Positions 1-8,070 of a stretch of DNA of 43,170 nt are shown one piece after another. The notes beneath the pieces were generated by a model. The model was not told the DNA's origin. It was given only the letters and a program-made list of their open reading frames with translations, and made no database searches. How positions within the stretch are numbered: the first letter of the stretch is position 1; each line of letters starts with the position of its first letter. Source of the stretch: Candidatus Hodarchaeota archaeon. Lineage in GTDB: Archaea > Asgardarchaeota > Lokiarchaeia > Sigyniarchaeales > SOKP01. Position numbers and translations under genes: made by a program. The DNA is taken from assembly GCA_048887225.1 (NCBI GenBank), contig JBHLJY010000022.1, forward strand, positions 1 through 43,170, written 5' to 3'.

Positions 1-27
1 CATTGAATAATCGAATAGAGCATTCAT
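1..27 (-). CDS. Possible 5' end of a gene running off the left edge (MNALFDYSM...)
   Basis: ATG at 27-25 on the minus strand, frame open to the edge; TATAAAAA at 58-51 on the minus strand sits at a distance typical of a leaderless archaeal promoter. Only 9 codons are visible. Confidence 0.3.
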
Positions 28-104
28 ATAATTGCTACTTTTTCAGTAAAATTTTTATATTTGAATTAATATTTAATAATCTGAAGAAAATATTTCTTTA
101 ACCA

Positions 105-197
105 TGTAGTGGAATGTTTGTTTTTAGCCCATAATTTATTCCTCCACTAAAGAGATATCATGAGCTATGTGAATTTTTTCACAAGCATTCCATTACA
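105..197. repeat. Imperfect nested palindrome (about 93 bp) in intergenic DNA
   Basis: 105-121 TGTAGTGGAATGTTTGT is the inverted complement of 181-197 ACAAGCATTCCATTACA (15/17 Watson-Crick). Inner arms 125-135 and 157-167 match at 9/11. Confidence 0.7.
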
Positions 198-296
198 CCT
201 TATTTTTTTTACTAATATTAATATAATCTTCTTATGCATAAATAAGAATGATAGAGAAATATTTATTACTTAAAAAAAGATAAATCCCAATTTTTT

Positions 297-1502
297 TTAT
301 AGAGTTTCTTCAGCTCTTACTCTTTTTATCTCATCTATAAGAGTTGGGATAACTTTATGAAGATCTCCTACAATTCCATAATGAGCGACTTTAAAGATTG
401 GAGCATTTTCATCCCTATTTATTGCCACAATTATATCCGCGCCTTGAATTCCAACTATGTGTTGTATAGCTCCGGAAATACCACACGCTATATATAATCG
501 TGGAGAAACTGTCTTTCCCGTTTGCCCTACTTGATGGTCATGCTCTATCCAATCTAACTCAACCGCGACTCTAGATCCTCCTACTTCTGCGTCTAAGACT
601 TCTGCTAGCTCTTCGATAATTTTAAAATTTTCCTTTGAACCCACACCTCTTCCACCAGCAACTATGATTTCCGCTTCTTCAAGATTCACTTTGGCTTTCT
701 CTCTAGTGATTATCTTTAAGATCTTAGTTACTGTATCTTTTTCTTTGAAATCATATTCTATAGTTTTAGTTTTAACATCTTTTTTCTTTATTTCAGGAAT
801 TTTAAAAATCCCAGGTCTCACAGTTGCCATTTGTGGTCGGCTATTCGGTGTCCTAATCGTTGCCAAGATATTACCTCCGAAAGTAGGGCGTGTTTGGAGT
901 AAATTTCCTGTCTCATCATCTATTTCTAACCCAGTACAATCCGCAGTTAATCCAGCATTTAGTCTTTTTGAAACTCTCGGAGCAAAATCCCTTCCAGTTG
1001 GCGTTGCTCCAATTAAAACTATCTCTGGTTTATGTTTTTGAATTAATTCAGAAATAGCTTTTACATATAAATCTGAATAATAATCTTTCAAGAATTTTGA
1101 TTTAACATAAATTATTTCATCTTGTCCATATTGACTAATTATATCTAGCTGATTCTCAAAATCAGCTCCCAGTATTACTAAAGTTAAATTTACTTTTCTC
1201 TTATCTGCCAATTCTCTTCCTTTTCCCAATAATTGAAAGGCAACATCATGAATTTTGCCTTTATAATGCTCTGCTATCACCCAAACTCCCTTATATTGAG
1301 AGATATCCATTTTTTCGACCTTAAACTCCTCTCTCTCTAAAATTATTGCATCAATAACACAGGATTCCACACAAGCACCACATAAATTACAATCTTTCGT
1401 TATTCTTGCTTTATCATTTATTATCTCGATACCACCATAAGGGCAATTATCAACACATGCACCACAACCAGTACATAACTCATCGTCTATTCGTATGCTC
1501 AT
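297..1502 (-). CDS. etfA: Electron transfer flavoprotein alpha subunit with N-terminal 2x[4Fe-4S] ferredoxin domain
   Basis: N-terminal CTGCGACVDNCP and CNLCGACVESC; ETF-alpha motifs GLTADCT, RPTFGG, AGGRG, QVGQTGKTV, GISGAIQH. Confidence 0.95.
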   Translation of the reverse strand: MSIRIDDELCTGCGACVDNCPYGGIEIINDKARITKDCNLCGACVESCVIDAIILEREEFKVEKMDISQYKGVWVIAEHYKGKIHDVAFQLLGKGRELADKRKVNLTLVILGADFENQLDIISQYGQDEIIYVKSKFLKDYYSDLYVKAISELIQKHKPEIVLIGATPTGRDFAPRVSKRLNAGLTADCTGLEIDDETGNLLQTRPTFGGNILATIRTPNSRPQMATVRPGIFKIPEIKKKDVKTKTIEYDFKEKDTVTKILKIITREKAKVNLEEAEIIVAGGRGVGSKENFKIIEELAEVLDAEVGGSRVAVELDWIEHDHQVGQTGKTVSPRLYIACGISGAIQHIVGIQGADIIVAINRDENAPIFKVAHYGIVGDLHKVIPTLIDEIKRVRAEETL

Positions 1503-1517
1503 TTTTTTACCCTCATC

Positions 1518-2321
1518 TTAAAATATTTTATCCTCTTTTAATTTTTGACAAAGCTCGCGAGACATCTCTTCTATTGTCCCAGATAATTTAATATGTTCAC
1601 CTTTTCGTTCTGGCATAAAAATTTTCCAAACTTCTGTTTGGGAACCTGTTAATCCAATTTTAGATTTATCAGCATTTACAGCATTAGCATCTAAATGAAC
1701 CATTTTTTTTTTATCGTAGGCATCTACTATTCCTGCCATTGTCGGATACTTAGGAATGTTTATTTCCTTTAAAACGGAGATTAATGCTGGAAGATTTGTT
1801 TCAATAATAACAACTTCTTCAGTTCTAAATACTCGCTCGACCTTTATTTTATCTCCGCTCATTTCGAATTTCTGTACATACGTAATCTGTGGAATACCCA
1901 ATTCTTCCGCTAATTCAGGTCCTACTTGAGCAGTGTCTCCATCAATAGCTTGTGTACCACAGATAACAAGATATTTCTTATCTTTTGAATCTTCTAAAAT
2001 TTTATTGATTGCTAAGGCTAATGTATGAGATGTAGCTAGTGTATCTGCTCCTGCAAATGCGCGATCGGTTAATAAGTAGGCTTTATCAGCACCCATAGCC
2101 AAAGCTTCACGGAGCACTTCCTCTGCTTGAGGTGGACCCATACTTAATACAATAATTCCACCACCATGCTTTTCTTTAATTTCTAAAGCTAATTCAATAC
2201 CATTTTTATCCATTGGATTCATAACACTTGGAATCCCCTCACGAATCAAAGTATTTGTTTTTGGGTCAATCCGCACTTCAGTTATTCCTGGTACCTGTTT
2301 AATGCACACGAAGATTATCAT
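1518..2321 (-). CDS. etfB: Electron transfer flavoprotein beta subunit
   Basis: VCIKQVP, LSMGPP, FAGADTLAT, DGDTAQVGP. The ATG at 2321 overlaps the upstream TGA (ATGA), so I prefer it over the GTG at 2330. Confidence 0.95.
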   Translation of the reverse strand: MIIFVCIKQVPGITEVRIDPKTNTLIREGIPSVMNPMDKNGIELALEIKEKHGGGIIVLSMGPPQAEEVLREALAMGADKAYLLTDRAFAGADTLATSHTLALAINKILEDSKDKKYLVICGTQAIDGDTAQVGPELAEELGIPQITYVQKFEMSGDKIKVERVFRTEEVVIIETNLPALISVLKEINIPKYPTMAGIVDAYDKKKMVHLDANAVNADKSKIGLTGSQTEVWKIFMPERKGEHIKLSGTIEEMSRELCQKLKEDKIF

Positions 2322-3478
2322 AATTGCCACCCCTTCCTAAGTAATGTTTGTGCAATCACCATTCGCTGTATCTCCGAGGTACCTTCATAAATTTCCGCCA
2401 TTTTAGCATCCCTGAAATATCTTTCTACAGCATATGCTTTCATTAATCCGTAAGCACCATGAATCTGAACAGCATCATGCGATGCTTGCATAGCGGCTTC
2501 AGATGCCTTGAGTTTTGCCATTGAACTTACAATACCATAATCCATTCCTTGATCGCACATATACGCGGCCTTATAAGTTAATAAGCGAGCGCTTTCAACT
2601 TCAACACCCATATCAGCAATCTTCCATTGAACTCCTTGAAATGATCCGATCGGCCGGCCAAATTGTACCCTCTCGTTGGCGTATTTTATTGAGGCTTCTA
2701 ATGCAGCTTGACCTAGTCCAACACATTGTGCCGCCATAAGAATACGTCCATAATCCAAAATTGCCATTCCAAGTCTAAAACCTTGTCCAACTCCACCTAA
2801 GATATTTTCTTTAGGTATTCTCACGTCTTGAAAAACTAATTCTGATGTGTTGGAAGCACGAACTCCCAATTTATCCTCTTTTACTCCTACAGAATATCCT
2901 GGTGTCTCTGTGTCTACGATAAAAATTGTTAATTCTTTCCTCTTGCCTTTCTGTCCTGTCATTGCAACACATAGTAATGTTTTAGCAAGGCCACCATTTG
3001 TTGCAAATATCTTACTCCCATTTAAAATCCATTCATCTCCATCTAACACTGCATTTGTTTCAACACCTCCCGCATCTGATCCTGCATTTGCTTCAGTCAA
3101 AACAAACGCCCCTAAATGATCCCCTTTTGCAAGGGGTATAAGAAACTTCTGTTTTTGTTCTTCTGTCCCGAATTTATATATTGGATAAGCACATACGCTC
3201 GCATGGACACCTGTAGTAATGGACCAAGATGCGTCAATTCTTCCAATCTCTTCCGTTGCTATACAAAAACTTATGGTATCATCGTGCAAGCCTGCTCCTC
3301 CATATTCTTTAGGGATACATGTGCCAAAATACCCCAGACGTTTCATTTCTTCCATTACGCGAGGATCTAATTGTGAGTTTTGGTCGCTTTCTTCCGCAAT
3401 TGGAGCTATATACTCCTCAGCAAACTCACGAGTGATTTTGCGTATCATTTCTTGTTTAGGTGTAAGCTTAAAATCCAT
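2318..3478 (-). CDS. Acyl-CoA dehydrogenase (butyryl-CoA dehydrogenase/short- or branched-chain type)
   Basis: FVLTEANAGSD, LNGSKIFATNG, KLGVRAS, RVQFGRPI, QIHGAYG, IYEGTSEIQR with the catalytic Glu; translationally coupled to etfB. Confidence 0.95.
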   Translation of the reverse strand: MDFKLTPKQEMIRKITREFAEEYIAPIAEESDQNSQLDPRVMEEMKRLGYFGTCIPKEYGGAGLHDDTISFCIATEEIGRIDASWSITTGVHASVCAYPIYKFGTEEQKQKFLIPLAKGDHLGAFVLTEANAGSDAGGVETNAVLDGDEWILNGSKIFATNGGLAKTLLCVAMTGQKGKRKELTIFIVDTETPGYSVGVKEDKLGVRASNTSELVFQDVRIPKENILGGVGQGFRLGMAILDYGRILMAAQCVGLGQAALEASIKYANERVQFGRPIGSFQGVQWKIADMGVEVESARLLTYKAAYMCDQGMDYGIVSSMAKLKASEAAMQASHDAVQIHGAYGLMKAYAVERYFRDAKMAEIYEGTSEIQRMVIAQTLLRKGWQL

Positions 3479-3623
3479 AATTAATCCTCAACTAACCATA
3501 ATTATTTTCAATTACTTTCTAAAACAATATTCTATTTTAAAAGATTAAATGTTTTAGTTAATTATTATAATTATATTTTATCAAATGTAATTTGAAACTA
3601 ATTTCAAGGAGTGTATTCGTATA
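3479..3623. promoter_or_regulatory. Divergent promoter region between the dehydrogenase-etf operon and the mutase operon
   Basis: 145-bp AT-rich gap between divergent starts; palindromes TAATTAT-T-ATAATTA (3559-3573) and TTGAAA-N4-TTTCAA (3592-3607); AGGAG ribosome-binding-like site at 3607-3611. Confidence 0.5.
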
Positions 3624-5300
3624 ATGTGGGATAAAGAATATTTGGAAAAAATCAGAGAAGAGAAAGTAAAATGGGATAAGGAAGTTGAAAGTTATAAAGA
3701 GCGAACAGATTTACCATTTATAACTGATTCTGGAATTCCCATTAAAAGATTATATACACCTTTAGATTTAAAAGGTAATTATTTAGAAAAAATAAGCTTC
3801 CCAGGGACAGCTCCATACACTAGAGGTGTGTATCCCACTATGTATAGAGGGCGTGTGTGGACAAAGCGGTTGTTTAGCGGACATGGTACCCCAGAAGAGA
3901 CAAATCTTCGGTGGAAATTCTTATATGAGCAAGGAGAAACTGGATTTAGTGCCGCAGTTGATGCATTAACATTTAATGGAATCGATCCCACAAACCCAGA
4001 TGGTTCGCCAGAAGTAGGGACATCCGGTGTTCCTTTATATTGTATTGACAGCTTATTTGCATTAGCAAAAGACATTCCTATAGATAAAATCAGTGTTGCT
4101 TTAGTTGTAGAACCGTTTACTTCGGCGCCTGTTTGTTCAATGTATTTTAATATGGCTCAAATGAAAGGTTATGACTTAAAAAGTCTGCTGGGAACTACTC
4201 AAAACGATATTTTGACAATGACAGTTGGATATATTCCTTATAAGAATGTTGCTCCAAATCATCTTCTCCGCTTAGCATGTGATTTTATTGAATGGACAGT
4301 TGCGATGAAAAATGTGCCTAAATGGCATCCTATTAATTTTACTGGATATAACTATCGGGAAGGTGGAATAGATGCCGTCCAAGAATTGGGCTTTGTCTTT
4401 TCAAGCGCATGTTCCCATATAGAAAATCTTATGGAGAGGGGATATAAACCTGACGATTTTGTTGGTAGATTAGCATTTCACTTAGCCGCACATAAGGACT
4501 TTTTTGAAGAAATAGCAAAATATCGGGCAGCAAGAAGAATTTGGTATAAATTGATGAAGGACAAATATGAAGCTAAAGACTCAAGGAATTATGGCTTCCG
4601 ATTTCATATACAAACAGCCGGATCGTCTTTAACAGCTCAAACGCCACAAGTTAATATAATAAGAACAGCCATTCAAGCTTTAGAAGCAACCATCGGTGGA
4701 TGTCAGTCTCTTCACACAAATTCTTACGATGAAGCGATTTGTCTGCCATCAGAGGAAGCTGCTCTTATTGCGCTTAGGACACAACAAGTTATATCAGATG
4801 AAACTCGTATAACAAACACGATTGATCCATTAGCGGGGTCCTATTATGTTGAATGGTTAACAGATGAGATTGAAGAAAGAGTATGGAAATATATGGATAA
4901 AATTCATAAAGTAGGGACTATTGATAAGGCTTTATCCACTGGATTTTTATATAAAGAAATGAGAGACGCATTTCATCGAAGACAAGCGCGCCTTGAAAAA
5001 GGAGAGGAAATAATGTTAGGAGTGAACAAGTATACTGTTCCCTATGACGAATGTACAGATGTTTTTAGAACAAATAAAGAAGCAGTAAGGATTGAACAAG
5101 AGAGAATTAGAAAACTCAAAGAGAGGAGAGACAATGCGAAATTAGAAAAGTTTTTAGACGATCTCCGTAAAGTATGTGAGAAAGAAGAAAATGTAATGCC
5201 GTTTGTAATGGAAGCAACAAAAGAAGGCGCGACAGTCGGGGAAATTTGCGATGTTTATAGAGAGATATGGGGGATTTGGGAACCACCACTAGCTATTTAA
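3624..5300 (+). CDS. Adenosylcobalamin-dependent acyl-CoA mutase, large (substrate-binding) subunit; MCM family with atypical specificity residues
   Basis: PYTRGVYPTMY, GTTQND, FFEEIAKYRAARR, QSLHTNSYDEA, DPLAGSYYVE, GVNKY; no C-terminal B12 domain. Confidence 0.93.
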   Translation: MWDKEYLEKIREEKVKWDKEVESYKERTDLPFITDSGIPIKRLYTPLDLKGNYLEKISFPGTAPYTRGVYPTMYRGRVWTKRLFSGHGTPEETNLRWKFLYEQGETGFSAAVDALTFNGIDPTNPDGSPEVGTSGVPLYCIDSLFALAKDIPIDKISVALVVEPFTSAPVCSMYFNMAQMKGYDLKSLLGTTQNDILTMTVGYIPYKNVAPNHLLRLACDFIEWTVAMKNVPKWHPINFTGYNYREGGIDAVQELGFVFSSACSHIENLMERGYKPDDFVGRLAFHLAAHKDFFEEIAKYRAARRIWYKLMKDKYEAKDSRNYGFRFHIQTAGSSLTAQTPQVNIIRTAIQALEATIGGCQSLHTNSYDEAICLPSEEAALIALRTQQVISDETRITNTIDPLAGSYYVEWLTDEIEERVWKYMDKIHKVGTIDKALSTGFLYKEMRDAFHRRQARLEKGEEIMLGVNKYTVPYDECTDVFRTNKEAVRIEQERIRKLKERRDNAKLEKFLDDLRKVCEKEENVMPFVMEATKEGATVGEICDVYREIWGIWEPPLAI

Positions 5301-5318
5301 TTTTTGGAGAGATATCTA

Positions 5319-5717
5319 ATGTCGGATGATAAGATTAGAGTGTTAATGTCAAAGCCAGGAATAGATGGTCATTGGCGTGGAGGTATAGTTGTGTCAAGAG
5401 CTCTAAGAGATGCTGGTATGGAGTTAATATTTGGAGGATTCCAGAATATAGAACAATGTGTTGAATCTGCCATTCAAGAAGATGTTGATGTTATAGGTTT
5501 AAGCATTCATTCAGGTGCACATTTCGCATATACTAAAAGACTTATTAATTTATTAGAAAAAAAAGGCCTAAAGGACCAGATAATAGTACTTGTTGGAGGT
5601 GTCATTCCTGCACAGGATTTTAGTGAGTTAAAAGAAATAGGAGTTGCAAATGTGTACGGTCCAGGAACGATGACGGGCGACATCATTAAATTTATTAGAG
5701 AGAACGTCAAAAAATAG
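5319..5717 (+). CDS. Acyl-CoA mutase small (cobalamin-binding) subunit
   Basis: DGHWRG (DxHxxG), IGLS and VGG B12-binding motifs. ATG at 5319 follows GGAG; the ORF track starts at TTG 5304. Confidence 0.93.
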   Translation: MSDDKIRVLMSKPGIDGHWRGGIVVSRALRDAGMELIFGGFQNIEQCVESAIQEDVDVIGLSIHSGAHFAYTKRLINLLEKKGLKDQIIVLVGGVIPAQDFSELKEIGVANVYGPGTMTGDIIKFIRENVKK

Positions 5718-5743
5718 GCTTTTGGGGTTGTACAAATTTGAAA

Positions 5744-6712
5744 ATGACTTATGATATTGATACATTGATTAGTAATTTTAAAAAAAAAGATAAAATTGCC
5801 TTGGCTAGATTAATTTCCATTATTGAAAATCATCCTGAAAAAGCGTCAGTAATTTTTAAAAATTTTAATCAAATTAAACACGATTCATATATTATAGGTA
5901 TTACAGGATCTCCAGGTGTAGGAAAAAGTACTTTAATTGGAGCTATTGCTAAAAGACTATTAGAAGATGGAAAATCTATAGGTGTAATTTCGGTAGATCC
6001 AACTTCTCCTTTTAGTGGAGGTGCTTTTTTAGGAGACAGAGTGAGGATGACGGAGGTGTCATTGCATCCTAACATTTTCATAAGGAGTCTTGCGTCTAGA
6101 GGATATAGAGGTGGGATTTCACGAGCTGTATTAGATATTACACTTCTTTATGAAGCTTTTGGAATGGATATTATTTTAATCGAAACTGTAGGTGTTGGAC
6201 AGTCTGAATTCGATATTTATAATTTAGCATATACAATTATAGTCGTTATAGTACCTGGGTATGGAGATGCTATTCAAATGCAGAAGGCAGGGATTATTGA
6301 AATAGGAGATATATATGATGTCAATAAAAAAGATTTAGGGGGCTCCGATATAGCCGCCCATATAGATATGATGCTTGACGATTCTACCTTCACTCAAAGC
6401 GGTTGGAGACCTCCAATTGTGCAAACGAATTCTATAACCGGCGAAGGTGTAGATAAATTAATAGAACATATTTATGACCATAAAGAACATCAACAACTCT
6501 CAGATTTAATAAAAGAAAGAAAAAAAAATAGGTTTGCTTATAAAGTAAGGGAATTACTCTATTATAAGATTGATAATGTCTTAGAAAATCTTATTAGTAA
6601 AAAAGAGATAAATGAAATATCTGCAAAAGCAATTGATAATAAATTTCAGATTTATGAGGTTGTTCACGATCTTTTCAGTAATGTAAAATTCGAGCGAAAA
6701 AAGAAGGAGTAA
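5744..6712 (+). CDS. meaB: Mutase-associated G-protein chaperone MeaB/ArgK
   Basis: GITGSPGVGKST, VDPTSPFSGGAFLGDRVRM, ETVGVGQSE, NKKD; directly follows the mutase subunits. Alternative TTG start at 5738. Confidence 0.93.
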   Translation: MTYDIDTLISNFKKKDKIALARLISIIENHPEKASVIFKNFNQIKHDSYIIGITGSPGVGKSTLIGAIAKRLLEDGKSIGVISVDPTSPFSGGAFLGDRVRMTEVSLHPNIFIRSLASRGYRGGISRAVLDITLLYEAFGMDIILIETVGVGQSEFDIYNLAYTIIVVIVPGYGDAIQMQKAGIIEIGDIYDVNKKDLGGSDIAAHIDMMLDDSTFTQSGWRPPIVQTNSITGEGVDKLIEHIYDHKEHQQLSDLIKERKKNRFAYKVRELLYYKIDNVLENLISKKEINEISAKAIDNKFQIYEVVHDLFSNVKFERKKKE

Positions 6713-6834
6713 ATATTTTTTCAACCGCTTTTTACCTAAGTAAGTAATTTTTAAAAATTTTTAGTTGAAAAAAGATTTATATTTTAAAAATGAAATTTTA
6801 GCAATAAAACCCAATTAAAGAGGATAATAGATTT

Positions 6835-8037
6835 ATGTCAAAACAAAATTCACTACCAAAATCTAAAAGTTCAAAATCTAAAATACCTCGCTCTAAAAAA
6901 GATGATTATACTAGCGAAATAATTAAAGAACGGCAACAATTTATTAAAGAAAAGACTGGAATAAAATTAGAACATTTAAATCATTACTCATTTGATCCTA
7001 ATATAGTTAAGGGGAATATTGAACATTTCAGTGGAGTGGCTCAGGTACCAATAGGGATTGCCGGACCTTTGTTAGTGAATGGTGAGTATGCACGAGGAGA
7101 ATTCTATGTTCCTTTAGCAACGACCGAAGGAACACTTGTGGCAAGCTACAATAGAGGAATGAAGATAATCTATGAGAGTGGGGGAGTAACTACAACAATT
7201 AGCGATGATGCAATGCAACGGGCACCTGTTTTTATATTTAATAACGCTCGTGAAGCTCGAGATTTTGGAATCTGGGTACAAAATAATTTCCAAGAAATTA
7301 AAAAGATCGCAGAAAGTACAACTAGAGTTGGAAAACTTAGAGATATTGAACAATATTATTCAAATAAATTTGTATTTCTTCGTTTTAATTTTACTACGGG
7401 GGATGCTGCTGGGCAAAATATGAGTACTAAAGCTACATTTGTCGTTGCAGAATGGCTAAAGAGTAAATATCCCGCAGCCAATAATTATATCCTTGATGGA
7501 AATATAGCAACTGATAAGAAAGCGTCAATAATCAATACACTCCGTACGCGAGGAAAGCGTGTTACTGCTGAGATTACAATTCCCGATCATTTAATTAGAG
7601 AACATTTGAGGCAATCACCCTTTCGTCTCCAACATGGAATGCAAATAAGTAATGTTGGAGCATTCATGACTGGAGCAATGAGCAATGCTAACCATACGGC
7701 TAATGGTATTACAGCACTTTTTATTGCTACTGGACAAGATGTCGCTAATGTTGCTGAATCATCAACAGCAATAATGTTTGCAGAAAGAACGAAAGAAGGT
7801 GATTTTTATTATTCAATCACAATCCCATCGTTAATAGTTGCTACTTACGGTGGTGGAACTGGGCTTGCTACACAAAAAGAATGTCTTGAGCTTATGGATT
7901 GTTATGGCACAGGGAAAGTCAATAAGTTTGCAGAAATCGTTGCCGCTACAGCGATAGCAGGCGAGATATCTTTAATGAGTGCTATAGGAGCAAAAGAATG
8001 GGTTTCAAGCCATGAAAAAATGGGACGAAATCGATAA
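6835..8037 (+). CDS. hmgA: Hydroxymethylglutaryl-CoA reductase, class I (NADPH type)
   Basis: PLATTEGTLVASYNRG, TGDAAGQNM, GNIATDKK, ATGQDVA, GGGTGL, AGEISL and C-terminal catalytic His (SHEKMGR). Confidence 0.92.
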   Translation: MSKQNSLPKSKSSKSKIPRSKKDDYTSEIIKERQQFIKEKTGIKLEHLNHYSFDPNIVKGNIEHFSGVAQVPIGIAGPLLVNGEYARGEFYVPLATTEGTLVASYNRGMKIIYESGGVTTTISDDAMQRAPVFIFNNAREARDFGIWVQNNFQEIKKIAESTTRVGKLRDIEQYYSNKFVFLRFNFTTGDAAGQNMSTKATFVVAEWLKSKYPAANNYILDGNIATDKKASIINTLRTRGKRVTAEITIPDHLIREHLRQSPFRLQHGMQISNVGAFMTGAMSNANHTANGITALFIATGQDVANVAESSTAIMFAERTKEGDFYYSITIPSLIVATYGGGTGLATQKECLELMDCYGTGKVNKFAEIVAATAIAGEISLMSAIGAKEWVSSHEKMGRNR

Positions 8038-8070
8038 TAGATTATAAAATAAAAATCATTTTTAATATTT

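Noticed and set aside
125-167. Possible eukaryote-like SECIS element in the inner hairpin
   Set aside because: There is an ATGA but no opposing GA to form the non-canonical quartet, and no in-frame TGA selenoprotein candidate is visible nearby.
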